In this document: piece by piece, positions 36,769 to 50,307 of the stretch
Layout: every line of letters starts with the position of its first letter
Position numbering within the stretch: position 1 is the first letter of the stretch
DNA from: Botryllus schlosseri
Lineage: Eukaryota
Assembly: GCA_051294905.1 (NCBI GenBank)
Contig: CM119371.1
Span: 8,248,001 to 8,312,000, forward strand
Direction of reading: 5' to 3'
Length of the DNA stretch: 64,000 nucleotides
Notes under the pieces: generated by a model
Told to the model about the DNA's origin: nothing
The model's input: only the letters and a program-made list of their open reading frames with translations
Databases searched by the model: none
Program-made: the position numbers and the translations under genes

Positions 36769-38307
36769 CAGTGGTTCTTAACCTTGCCCACAGCGCCCCC
36801 CAGGGGGCGCTGGCGACTTTGAAGGGGGGCGGAAGCGCTCAGGGGGCGATATGGGGGCGCTGGGCTCAGGGGGGCGGTATGGGGGGCGCTGGGGAAAAAT
36901 GGCTTTGCAGTAGATGATGTGGTGATAGGACTAATCCTTAATGAGTATTCAGGGCAAATTAACACCGAAAACTTCGCTACATATAGCCTTCAAAATGCAT
37001 ATAGGTTTGATTGTCCATGGGCGCCTAAATGACTGACACCGAATGTTCCTGTCTTGGCAATCTGAACCTCAGAAGACGAATTCCATCTGGCAGAGAAAAA
37101 TTATATGTCAGTGAGGAAATACCAATCTGAAATTGGTGCGTCTTTTAGTTTAGTACGATTGGGCGACAGGGATATTCCTGTTGGGCGATATTCCCGTTGA
37201 GCGATTCTATATTTTTTGATATTGCAGACAGGGTGTCACGAAATAACATCATGCAACGAAGTCATACCAACGGGCTCGCCCGCCCGAACATGTTTAATTA
37301 TTAGTAACGGGCCCTACAGTTTTCAAGAAACCTCACAATGTTCGCTTCAAGTTTTGATGAGTCTGCGCACACTCAACAACTCACTGTGCTGACCCTTGGA
37401 TAACAGTGCGTAACGACTAAAAAAAGTTAATAACTTCGGATTTGTTGTGCGCAACGTAGATTTCCTGTACGCAGAGACCGTGTCAGCACTGCGCACGAGC
37501 GCAGCTTAGAGGGAACATTGCACCTCACTCAGCTCTACCGGTAAATGTGTTTACATGAGCAGAGAGAGGATAAAAATTGATCTCAATTTACATGCAATTC
37601 CCGATGATATTGACCAATTTAATCATTAATTAGTGAAATTTTTCGCGCTTCGCGCGACTAGGCGAGCATAGCTGCCTCAGTAAATGGACACCCAATGTAG
37701 ATACCTAATAGGCTATCAGCCAATAGCGGACAGGCTAATGGAGATCTGGGAGTGAAGTCTCCCGGAAGTTTGGTTTATCACCCGATGGGGGCCCTGGACC
37801 AACGTTTTTTGTTTGGAGGGGGGCTGACGAAGTGCTGTTACGGCCCTGGTAACGAATAATTGTACCTGCGGGCACGCCCGAATATGTTTAATTATCAATT
37901 ACGTGCCCTTTATTTTCCTATACAACAGCTCACTCAGTGCTACTGATAATCTAATTACGTGTGGGCTGAGAGGATAAAAAGTTTATAGCGAGTTATATAT
38001 GTAATTACCACATTTCCATTCATGCATTATAGAAAATTTTGGTACCTAGGGCGACCAGGCCACACAAACTTTTCTGACCATCAAAATCACGATATGGGGC
38101 TCGTGGGGGCGAAGCCCTCAGAAGTTCAGTTTATCACGCTATGGGTGCGCAAGGCAATCGTTTTTAGGGGGATTGACGAAGTGCTATTACGGCCCTCCCT
38201 CTTACTCATTGTCTTTATTACATTCCTTACAATATGAAGTTGGGGGGCGCTGGAGCACGATAATTTTGGTAAGGGGGCGCTGGAAGAAAAAAGGTTAAGA
38301 ACCACTG
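36769..38307. mobile_element. hAT MITE with GGGGGCGC repeats and nested inserts
   Basis: CAGTGGTTCTTAACCTT...AAGGTTAAGAACCACTG; perfect TSD CTTTAGAT. Confidence 0.9.
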
Positions 38308-38733
38308 CTTTAGATAATGGTATATGATTCATTCGAAGATGAATTTTCATCCGTACTTTCACATAGAATTTCACGTAACTTTCATTTCCATGCGACTTTT
38401 TGATCAAGTTTCAGCCATTACCGGATTGGACGTGGATATTGACGCGAGACAAAATAAAATATGGATTTGTACTTGGATTTGAATCATGAGAAATAGGATT
38501 CGGATTTAAAATAGTAAATAAGCGAAAGTTCCGTACGCCTACTTACCATAACTAAACCACTGTGTATCGTAGGACACAATTCATTTATATTTTTGTTTAT
38601 TTCGCCTCTCTTTGAGCCTGATGACGGTTTCAGATATTACGCAATAGGCTCAGCAACAGAACACAATTCATAGAAATGCATACATCTTTTGCTAACAAGA
38701 ATTTTAAGCTATATAACTTATTTCTTATTTTAG

Positions 38734-38785
38734 CGCGCCTAGAAACGGTTGCCTGGAAGCGACTCGACTGGGATTTTTATCTGAG
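38734..38785 (+). CDS. Probable next exon of the host gene ((S)RLETVAWKRLDWDFYL)
   Basis: tttcttattttag acceptor and AG|gtgagt donor; open when entered in phase 1, which matches the end of exon 18221-18416. Confidence 0.5.
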
Positions 38786-39944
38786 GTGAGTAGATGTTAC
38801 GAAGTCTGACCGTTCTAAAATGAGAGTTGAGATTTATCTTTCCATTACATCGTCGATCCATTCTCATGCACATCCGGTTTAAAACAACAGCCTACAAATA
38901 TTGTGAAGCAAACTGTGTATTATATAAATTAATATACAATATTAACTGATGTGTTGTCGGATAGTGACAAAACGTTGACACGCGGTGCATCGCACGTAGC
39001 TTTGTGGAAAAAAGACTTTGTTTATTCTGCAAGAATATAATAGCGCTGTCATGCATCATTTCACATCGAGTCGCAACATACTTTTCACATCACTCCCAGT
39101 TTTGCTGAAAAAAATGAAAGTTGTCAAGTAGAAGTAAAAGTAGTCTAAAGTAATAACTACTTCGGTCAGTAGCGAAAGTGAGCATACGTACTTTTGTACT
39201 TTGAAAAAGTAGAAGTAGTTGGTTACTGACCACCTCCGCTAATGTGCAATAGTAAAGTTGATCTTCGGAAGTAATGCGTCACTTCAATGCATGATTACTT
39301 CCTGGGTTCGGACCAAGCAGATCTCAAATTATTGTGAGAATTATTTGTTATATTACAAAACTGAGATTTGATGAGATACTCGAATAATTTATATGTTTAT
39401 ACGGCGTCGGTCGAAAATTACTCCGTCTGGATTAATAGAGTTAATGGTCGTAACATGTTGTCGCATAATTTTTCTAGAAACTATCCAATCAGTCATTGAT
39501 TCAACTCGAACAGAAGTTGGAGAGATCCAGTCAATTTTTGACTCGGGTGGAAAGTAGCAATAGATCAAATGATGGGTTGAATGGCACCAGAGTACGTGAA
39601 TTTTTAAATAATCTTACTGGGACTGGTTGCCGAATCCTTTTATTAGGTAATCTTAAGTGACAGCTTACAAATTTTCCGTACCCGTCGCTCTTTAACAAAA
39701 AATGCTCGAGAGTTTTACCACAAATCGACAATATTTCAGATTCATTCCCAGTTAGACTCGGTCGTCTAAAAGATATCCTGCTTATGCAAATTCCATTAGA
39801 ACTAGAATTACAGTTACAATTCTTTCCAACATATAGTAGAATAAAAATTGCCGCTACACAGTTATTTCCAAATTACAGTAGAATTATAAATATCGCGTTA
39901 CTTTTTTCAAAATAGATTAAAACTGTGGTGGTAGCTATACATAA

Positions 39945-40905
39945 TCCAAATTAGATTAGGATTAGAATTACTGAATCCGCAAAAAAACTAGGTCATTGAA
40001 TCCAGTTCCGTTACTATCAAATCATGGTACACTCTTATTAGCATGATAATTGAAAATGTATGTGCAACAAGCTTGGCTCGTTTGGCATTATACTATTCTC
40101 TCAGTAGCATTTACAGGAAAACCAGAGATAGGGTTTGAATTAAAATGAGAACATCTAAAAATTTCACAGAATCAGGGCAAAGAATCATTTCACAAATTGT
40201 ATTCGAATTAGATTACAGGCATTTAGCGGTATTTAGTCTAATTAGACAACAAGAATTATTTAATTGTCCATGTCTGATAGGAGTACGCTTATCGTCACCT
40301 ATTTTAGGCAACCTTGAAGATAAAACGCAAGTACCTATTTTTGATGACTTTTCCACTCATACAGATGATCCTAGTGGCATTAAAAATATACTTTTCATGA
40401 AACAAGCTGTTAAAATACATTAAAACTGCAGGTATAATTATACATTTTTCCAAATTAGATTGGAATATAATTACTGAATCCGCAAAAACTGGGTCATTGA
40501 ATCCGGTTCCATTACTATCAAATCATGGTTCATTATTATGAGCGTGATAATAGAAAATGTCTGTGAAACAAGTTTGGCTCGTTTCGCACTATGCAGTTCT
40601 CTCAGTAGCATTTACAGGGTTTGCAGTAAAATGAGAACATATAAAAATTTGTCAAATAGATTAGAATTAGAGAAGAGAATCATTTCACAAAATAGATTCA
40701 AATTAGATTACCGGCATTTCTCTCAAACTAGTCTAATTGGACAACTAGAATTGTCTAATGATCTAAGTATGATAGTAGTGCGCTTATCGTCACCTATTTT
40801 AGCCTACCTTGAAGAGGAAACGTAAGTCCCTAGTTTTGATGAATTCTCCACTCATAGAGATGATCCTTGTGGCAATAAAAATATAATTTCCATCAAAAAA
40901 AGCTG
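39945..40905. repeat. Diverged tandem duplication of a ~500-bp unit rich in AATTAGA motifs
   Basis: AATTACTGAATCCGCAAAAA...GATGATCC at ~39966 and ~40469; related sequence inverted at ~55790-56240 and direct at ~61100-61300. Confidence 0.8.
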
Positions 40906-41752
40906 TAGAGCTACTGTTTAAGTGTCATTGATACTTGACATTATTAACTGCACCGCAATTTCCCTAAACTGTCAAAAATGTACTCCAGTAAAAAGTACAC
41001 CGACCCAGCCAATACCGCTTCCTTGGATACGATGTGCTGCCTGCATGAAATGGGAGTACTGAATAAATATGTTGCTATATATTGAATTGTGTGCCCAAGA
41101 TACCTGGGAATCGTATTGCGAAAATATAAATACACAATCCACCTGTAGATTTAGTCACTTAAATATATCCAATAAGTGCCCAGGTAGTCTACAAAAAGTC
41201 AAATTCTATTTTGTGCAGTGTAATAACGTACCCGCGTGAACAGTCCATCTCCGGCTCATAGTCCGAATAGTTGGAAAACATGATTGATTAACTAGGATAT
41301 TGATTTATTCAGAGGTACTTGTTTTCCAGTCAGCGGTACGGAAAGTAACAGAAGCAACATCGTTGATCGTTTACAAGAGCCATCGATTCCTGGTCAACAA
41401 AATTGAAACATGGAGAGTAGAATTACCGCATTTCATTTAGGAATTTAAACTGGCTATTTCATGTTTAATTGATGCAATTTCGCGATGGTATTTATATTGT
41501 GCATAATGCATTTCACAATTAGGTAACCCAAACAGTTGCAAAAAACTTTCACAACTCGACGAAAACAATGGTAATACCGTAAATGTCTCGTCAATCCTAA
41601 ATATTTCCGAAAATGAATGTTCATGTTGATTTGAATGTGCAGATGTTTTTACTACAGTAAAGTTCAAGCCGTCATCCTGTAGATTTTTTGCTATTATAAT
41701 GATTGAGTGCAAGTTAGAATCGTCTTACACCTTGAAAATAATTGATTATAAT

Positions 41753-42277
41753 CAGGGCTGGGCACAATGATTCGAGTACTCGAATCTGAATCGAGTATTT
41801 ATTTTCATGATTCGAGTCCAGTAGTAAAAGACGAATTTTTCGAGTACTGAAATTATACGCTCTTCGCCACTGAAAGTTAATTCATCAACAAAAATTATAG
41901 CTTCAATACTATTTTCACTTTGGCAGACATGAAACCTTGATTGGCCGTACCGCAGCATACAAAACAGGGTATAAAGTACTTGTACAACGCCACGAACGTT
42001 ACTAGAAATATCACATTTGCGAAGGCATGATTATCCCACAACATTGTCACAAATTTCAATGAAATCAGCATGGTCGAAAAATACTAAGTATCGTTAATGT
42101 GATGGCTAACGGGCATCGTGTTCTTTGTGTTGGCATAAGAGGTACTTATTTGAACCTTGACATATTACATTCTGTTATGACGTCATAATGAGTGATACTC
42201 GAATACTCGACTCGACTCGAAGCATATTACGTGATTCAGAATCGAATCACTCAGGTACTCGAATTTGCCCAGCCCTA
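41753..42277. mobile_element. hAT MITE (AGGGCTGGGCA family)
   Basis: CAGGGCTGGGCA...TGCCCAGCCCTA; perfect TSD ATTATAAT; homologue at 57262-57701. Confidence 0.9.
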
Positions 42278-42367
42278 ATTATAATAGAAGTTACATAAAA
42301 AGCATAAATGTGGAAAAATGAAGAATAAAATTGTTATAATCTTACGTGTGCAGTGTATACTGTGTAA

Positions 42368-43262
42368 TAGGGGTGATAGTGATAGTGATAGTGATAGTGA
42401 GGTGATAGCCTGTATTAATGTACAACTGTACACGATACCTAGCGACGGCTCGGGCAACAATGCTGTTGTATATATTGACGTTTGAAACGTCGACAAATCT
42501 ACCAACTGGGGCAATCAAATGATATAATAATCCCATAAAATCAATATCTTCAGTCGCTTTGCCAACAATTTCTACGAAGACTTGTGAGGGAACCTAAGCT
42601 TACGCCTTAATGGTCAGACCGGACAATGTATTCGGCGTCTGAGAAGTTCTACGTTGACATTGAGCATAGTGTAAAACGGGTTCCTGTACTGCTACCGATA
42701 TTACCCCTTTAACATGTTATATAGCAGTAGCCAACACCCTAATCGCATGGATTTGGTTTTTATGATACAATAAACATGAAATAAGATAGTCCCCGTATGC
42801 CAGCTAGATTTTTTACATCAGACAACGATATCAATTTCATTGATTGGTTGAATAAGCATTATTCGCTGACTACATATGCCTACAGGTAGCGTATTTCGCT
42901 CTTGATGTTGTGTGATTGCGGGTCAGGCTCACAGCAGAGAGTCACTAAATATTCACAAACGGAAAGCCGGATATTTTGAGCAAACTTTTGTAACAAAGCC
43001 ACTAAAAGTTTTGAGCTTGTCAACGTGCATGCTCGTTTAGTGTTGATTTTTTTATGCTGCCAGCGCCATGCATAGAGTGGCTCGGCGCAATTGAAATGTA
43101 ATAAGTTTCAACCAAAGATGTTATAATAATGCAGTGAAAAATATATGAAAAAGAGTTTCACAATGCAGAACCTACAAAGGTTCGTTTGTGAACGTGAACC
43201 TCTAAATTTCCGAGGTTCACACACAGAACGCGAACGTGAACCTCACGTTCACACCATCCCTA
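42368..43262. mobile_element. hAT-type element (TAGGGATGGTGTGAAC family), inverted homologue of 47610-50307
   Basis: Right end GTTCACACCATCCCTA; left end TAGGGGTGA followed by (GTGATA)n; TSD CTGTGTAA/CTGTGTAG. Confidence 0.8.
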
Positions 43263-44085
43263 CTGTGTAGTGTCTTAACGTTTTGTGTGATGGATTATGG
43301 TTGAAATTTAATGCTTCAAAAAAAAATGTAAAATATAAAAATTTGATGAAAATAAATGTAGTGTAGTGTATGAAATCCATTGTAATGTCAATTATGTGGG
43401 ATTCTCAATGCTCCATCATGATCTTGTGATCTTTCTCTATATCTTAAGTACAGTTAACTTCAGGAGAGTGTTTAATGGTAAACTTACCGAATTGAGAATT
43501 TCCATTAGCAAGATATTTCATGGCCTTGATATTAGTCTGTAGAATGACGGTCGCTGCACTAGTCGACGAATTTTTCTTGCTTCTATGACCAATTACCATG
43601 TTTTTTGCTACCTTGGTGTTTCTGAATGCTTCAAGCACAATATAATTGGCTTATCCCTCTTAATGTGCTCGTTTAATGTTGGTATGTGATTAATTGATTC
43701 TCAATGACTTGATGTACCATAGTTAACTGAAAAAGAGGCAAATTGTCCATACATAACAATCGAAATTTCAGATAATCTCATGAATGTGGTTCAATATTCC
43801 CTTTTTACTGAGATATTATGATTTGCTGCTTGACATTCCATAAAGTACGCTTGCTGTCCATTGCGACTAATTTGCAATTATACTGACATTGTCCACAACT
43901 CATAACTCAGAGTATTGTTAATGACTCCTAATAAGTATCTTCATCTTAGACTTAGAGAGTAGTAGCTGAAATTTCCGTGATTCTATGTTGTATTGCGCTG
44001 CGTTTTCATGCTATGAAATGTATAGAATTGATTTGAAATAAATATTAATTAGTTATTTGAGCCTTGCATTTTCGTTGGGTTATCG

Positions 44086-44791
44086 CAGTGGTTCCCAACC
44101 TTTTTCGTCTCGTGACCCCCTTGACCGATATTTGATCGAAAATTCCCCTCCTATGAAAAGTTGCCTGTGACTAAAACAAATGTGCCTTTTAACGCGCAAC
44201 TATTTGTTGACTGAGCAATTAATGGCCAAACATATTCAGACATGTCCGAACTATGGCAAATGCGGACCGCACTAAACTTTGATAAAGTACAGTCAAATTT
44301 GATCTGTTGTTGACCGGTCGGGTAGCCGCTGGCGAAAAATAAATCACCAAATCCGTTTTCTATGGACTTGAGTTGAATCGATAAATTTGGTACGGCATGT
44401 TTCTCACGTTAGCTCATATGTTGGCGTAAAAAGTTAAACAATTTCACTAGCGGCCCTGTGCTGAATTCGGGTTGACGTTATCCTGCTTAGTAGCAATTTT
44501 GTCGAGAGGCTGTCGCAGACCCAACGTCAGCCTCACTTTATCAGGGGGTGTAATAGCTACGGAAGGCATATAAACATACACCTAGCTTGAAATCCGCCAA
44601 AGAAACATACAATTGTAAAGATCTAACTTAACAGTTCTATACCATAACATTCTAAAAACATTGTGTACCCAGTGTATCTTCCGATACAATGCCAAAGCCT
44701 GATTTCCCCTAAAAAAATGACGCCAGAATACCCCCTAAAAATTTCAAAATTCCCCCCGAAGGAGGAATTCCTCCCCGGTTGGGAACCACTG
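44086..44791. mobile_element. hAT MITE
   Basis: CAGTGGTTCCCAACC...GGTTGGGAACCACTG; perfect TSD GGTTATCG. Confidence 0.9.
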
Positions 44792-47609
44792 GGTTATCGA
44801 GATATGGAGAGACAATGTATTTTACGGGAATGGTACAATGTGACAAAAGGTTGCGGAGCAATCAGGATAAATGCCAGACAATTGTTTCATGTATCAGAAG
44901 TTAATTCGAATGAGAGGAAGGTAGACTTGGTGAAGATGTGAGGATATGCATCGTCATTTGTCGTTGAATGTTGGAATGTCAATAGGTTGTAGGGTTGAGT
45001 GATTTTTTATTTCAAATCTATAAAAGGGGGTTCTTAAGTCCCGAAAAACGACTTGAAAATTCAATAAAAATTGGTTTTAGGGGATTGCCTCCATTTTCCA
45101 GCCGGCATCCCCCAATTTCTGCGCGAGAAGGGTTAAATTGCCCTTCTCGACAACCACTGGTCGTAGGGTCGTGAAAGCTGCCAAAACGTCATGTTTCTAT
45201 CTGTCTTAAGAAGAAAGTTTTCTCTATTGTGAATACAAAACGAGATACCGCCGAAAAACACTAGAATTTTGAAGCCGGTAAATGGAGGGAGTAACTAAAG
45301 TTACATGTTAGTGTGATTCGCACAAGAACAGCAAAATAAATCAAACTCATTATTTAAAAAAAAATTGACCCTTTTTCACTTGTCAAAAAAAATCGCCCCA
45401 GTAATGACTTTGAATCATGTCTAGAACTTTGAAATTTCAACGTGACTTGACTATAGTTAATTGACTCGTGACTTGACATGACTCGACGTGACTCGGGTCA
45501 CCTCCAAAAATTAGTGTGACTTGAGTTGACCCTTGTCACCTATGAGAATCAAGTGAATTGACTTGACTCGAGTCAAAATGTGCGGTGATTCAAGATGACT
45601 TGTGATTCGAAGGCAGTGACTTAATCCCAACAGGCACGAACATTAACGAGGAGGGCTGCGTTCCAATATAACTGATGTTCGCGTGCAGTCTTTACTAAGG
45701 GTTTTTGCATATGACATGCCATCAGATTTCAAAAAACTAGTTGACAGTATTGAGTGACCATAGAAGTCTGATTGACTTCAATAGCTGTTGTAAATAAATT
45801 CATTAAATACTGTTTTTGATCTCTATGCTTTAAAGTGGAAGTTTACATTAAATACAATTGATTTCTTGCAGATGTAGATAAAATCGCGATTAAGGTAAAA
45901 TGTATATATTTTGTAAACTGGCCCGCCAAGTCCTTCATTTTCCCATATCCGGCTCACCGATCGGAGAAGTTGCCCGCCCCTGGCATAGGGCAAGTGCAAA
46001 ACGATATATATACAACGGTTAGTAGGCAAGCGGTATAGAAACGGCAACGACCGATTTTGCAGCTTTGTTCCGCTTCGCCAAGGCTGGAGTGGAGAATTGT
46101 TTTGCGTAAGCGACTGTAGGATTTCTGACAATCCAAAAGCTATCTTCCCGAGCGAAGAAATTACTGAATCTGGTCTTGATCGAAAGCTACTGTTGCACCG
46201 ATTCTGAAAATATAAATTAAAATAATGATCAGGCACTGATCCACCTAGAATCCGTCCTCCAAGTCTGAAATATCGGAATTGTTCGAAAAATCGGAGAGTC
46301 GCAACGTATCATTGTTATGGCCAATGTTTATAATGTGTATAAGTATAGTAAATGTTTATAATACGTACCCTACTTTAATGTTTGCTTTAGCGACTGATCC
46401 GATAACATCGATATGTACAGGAGAATAAAATTCGGAGAGATGACAAAACCAAATAGATTACGAAGGAAATGTAATATCGAACTGCATGATGTCATCGATT
46501 TGACGCCATTCGTTCTTCCGCGTGGGGGAGCTAATGCCTCACGTGCATCAATGGCTCGAGTCAAAACATGGAATGAAATCAGCTGATTGAGTGTTCTAAT
46601 TCAGTTTTAATTCGATCGGACGTTGGAGATATAGCTAATATGTTTCACAGTACAGACTGACTCACTTATATTGCTGGATAAAGCGAAAAAGAACGACATG
46701 GTAAAGTTTTACACATGAATTCAGGAAGAATAGATGGATCTCCATGTTGCCGAATGGGCGAATGCGCTCGAAACTGTGATGGCCTCTTGCTGGATCAGTG
46801 TGTTACGAAAGGTTTGGTCTGATGTGAAATCTTTTAAAATAGTAACATGACTTGATAGTCGATATACCGGTAACCCCGGACTCTGGAAATCGCCCTCGGC
46901 AAGAAAGAAGTGTTTATGTGTTCAATCAATATGCGCGAAAATGGAATCCTGGTACGTTTAGCGTGATATGATTGGTCTGCTAAGACGGTTCTCAGCGTCT
47001 TGCTTCACACCTGTGTGTAGTCAGTAGAGTCTATAGTCTGTACGAGACACCGATTCCATATTAGCTTACATAGCTTCTATCAAACATGATTTTCGAGTTT
47101 CCATGGAGTATCGATCGTTCGTTCCTGACTGCTATTACTGAATATAAAATGACGCTACAATTCCGATCAAGTTCAACCTTGAGCCATGATCAAGCCAGCT
47201 TACTGGATTGTTTGTGACATTAGGTAACTACTGAACTGCTGGTAACTGCTGAAATTCGACACATCACCTTGTGAAAGGCTATATAGCTGAGTAGATAGCT
47301 ACCCGTATTCATTCTGAATGTAGTTTTCAAGTTATCGCATGACGGAAAGAAGCTTTCTGCTCATTTAACCGTGAAATCCAAGTGCTGTTTTTGGGTAGAA
47401 CTGAACTTGTGTCTGTATCAGCTACTTAGACCTGAGAATGTTGTGATGTTGTATAACTTGATACATTCAGCAAGCCAGTGAGAAAATATTTATCTTTGAT
47501 GCCCTGTCAAGAATGTAGCTGAAGGTAAAGCCCATGAACATTACTCATGCTTAAAATATTTCATAACTCTACCTATCATTTCTGTTTAGTTGAAAATTTT
47601 TGTAAATAG

Positions 47610-50307
47610 TAGGGATGGTGTGAACGTGACGTTCACATTCGCGTTCTGTGTGTGAACCGCGGAAATTTAGAGGTTCACGTTCACAAACGAACCTTGGTAG
47701 GTTCTGCACTGTGGACCTTTTTCATATATTACAATTTTCGATTCAAAAACATCTATGGTTGAAATTTATTGCATTTCAACTGCGGGCCACTCTATGCATG
47801 ACCCTGGCACCATAAAATAAAATCAACACTAGACGAGCATGCACCTTGACAATCTCAAATAAATTTTACTTGCTTTGTTACAAAAAGTTGCTCGCCATAT
47901 CCAACTTTCCGTTTATGAATATTTAGTGACTTTCTGCTGTGAGCTTGACCTGCAATGACACAACACCAAGAGAGAAATACACTACATTTGGTCAGCGAAT
48001 AATACTCATTCAACCAATCAATGGAATTGATATCGTTGTCTGATGCAGGGATAACCCTGGTCTGATGTAAACAATCTAGCATGTGCACGGGGTCAATCTT
48101 GACTTCATATGTTTACTGTATCATTAAAACAAAATCCGTGCCATTGGGTTATTGACCATACTGCTGTATAACTTGTTAATGGGGCAATATCAGTAGCAAG
48201 TAGAGCCCCGTTTTACACTCTGCTCAATATGAACGTTGCAATACTCAGACGCCGAATACATTCTCCGGTCTGGCCTATACCGCTAAGGCGTATATTCCGT
48301 TATAAGCTTATGTTCCCTTGCAATTCCTCGTCGATATTGTTGGCAAAGCGACGGAAGATATAGATTTTATGGGATTGTTATATCGATTGCCACAATCCAT
48401 ACATTTGGCGACGTTTAAACCGTCAATATGTACTTCAGAATAGTGGCGATATGTGGCCCGAGTAGATGCTAGGTATCGTATACAATAATATACGGCCGTA
48501 AACCAAACTTTGCGCTGATTGGTCGAGAGACAATGGCCTTAGAAACGGCGCAGCAACGGAGGACGCTGCATTTACCTAAGCCTAGTTGGCACTTCGATGT
48601 ATTTCTACAGCCGTGTAAACTGTATAAAAACGACAAGATTACAGTGAAATGTTTATTTCTTCATCAATAGTAGAATTAGTAAAGGAAATAGAACATTTAG
48701 TAACACATACTAAAATATAATGCCGAAATACTGATGTATAAATGCAGTGCCACCAAAGGCCATGAACTCGGGAAGAACAGATCCTTCCATTCCTTTCCTT
48801 CCAACGCAAGGGACAGCAAGGATTGGGATGCAGAGAAATAACGCATGACTTCAAGCCTACTTCCACAAGCTTCATTTGCTCCTACCACTTTTGCGAGGAA
48901 GATTTTGCTGCTAGTGCATTAGATACACCAATACAGTCCTGGAGTTTGGGAATGTTTTGTTTCCAGTCAGGGTCTCTTGATACTTTGCAATTCCGCATAG
49001 GCCTATCTTTTGCAATCGAAACAACAAAATGTCCCCAGTCACTATTTGTGACATACATTTGGGCCTGAATTTGATGCCAGTAAGAGAGATTTACTTGTGA
49101 TTATCCAGCAGCAGTCAAATAAGAAATCTTTTTCTGTCTGTGATATCTGCCCAAGTTCGAATCTCATGAGCTCATCGACTGTTGTTACGATATCTCTAGG
49201 GGGTACTTTACCTGAAGCACAACAACCGCCGATGCGGTCTGCTCAGATAGAATCCCTCTATCAGGTGAAGGACCCAGATATCCACATGGAAAATGAACAA
49301 GATCAATCTTTGCTACATTCACATGAGTGATGCTACATAGTACACAGTAGTAATGAATAGCCCTTTCTTCTTGCTATAACCGCCACAATAATGAATCCAT
49401 GTTCATACTGCACTGTCCTTGAAGTGATTTGAAAAGAGATGGTGGATTTGGAGAACCTGCTGTCTTGTTCCTCTCAACGCAGTCCAAAACCCTACCAAAA
49501 TTGCTACTTGTGAGTCGAAGAGTCCTGTATTTACCCAATTTTGCACATTCTCTCTGTTCTGATGTCCTGTTGGCAAAATAGCTAATCTGCATATGACTTT
49601 TTTTGTTGGCTTCTGACCCTAAGATTCAGGTGATGGCTTTGAAGAATTCCATTTGAAGATAAAACGATGGGGATTCTAAATCAGGATCACCAGATGACAA
49701 TGAAGGATTTGTGTGTGCAGCATCCACGACATTGGAGGAATACAGTTCATGACACGGCGTGGTAGTGGTAGGAGCAAATGAAGCTTGTTGAAGTAGTCTT
49801 GGATTCCTGCCTTCTTACTCTGCATTCCTAAGCCTTCCTGTACTTTCCGTTGGAAGGAAATGAATGGAAAGAACTGTTCTTCCTCAGTTCATTGCCATTG
49901 GTGGCACTGCATTTATAAACACACAGCAGTGTTTCGGCATTATATTTGAGTATGTTACTAAATATTTTATTTCGTTTCCTAATTCCATTATTGATGAAGA
50001 AATAAACATTTAACTGTAATCTTTTCGTTTTCATACAGTCTACACGGCTATAGGAATACATCGTAGTGCCAACTAGGCTAAGGCAAATGCAGCGTCCTCC
50101 GTTGCTGCGCCGTTTCTATGGCCATTGTCTCTCGACCAATCAGTGTAAAGTCTGGTTTACGGCCGTATAGGATATCCCTTCACTGAAGTGTAGGATTGGA
50201 ATTATCAATATGACGTCATGAGGTTCACGTTCGCGTTCAATCAGAACCTTTCAAAAAGGTTCGTGTTCACACGAACCGGAACCTTTCAGAGGTTCACACC
50301 ACCCCTA
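47610..50307. mobile_element. hAT-type element (TAGGGATGGTGTGAAC family) with a nested ISL2EU-like insertion
   Basis: TAGGGATGGTGTGAAC...GTTCACACCACCCCTA; perfect TSD GTAAATAG. Confidence 0.9.
48492..50166. mobile_element. ISL2EU-like deletion derivative: ~320-bp TIRs, THAP remnant (+), YqaJ-like exonuclease remnant (-)
   Basis: ACGGCCGTAAACC...GGTTTACGGCCGT with AT duplication (consistent with the empty site in 42368-43262); THAP motifs SFHSFPSN..W..FKPTSTSFICSYHFCEEDF; YqaJ-like RTSEQREC..YRTLRLTSSNFGRVL. Confidence 0.8.

Noticed and set aside
40145..40825. Paralogous ORF pair 40145..40423 and 40538..40825
   Set aside because: Similarity comes from a ~500-bp tandem duplication of a non-coding repeat
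46725..46811. Candidate exon RIDGSPCCRMGECARNCDGLLLDQCVTK
   Set aside because: Has AG/GT but a weak pyrimidine tract and is not phase-compatible as an open continuation of exon 38734-38785
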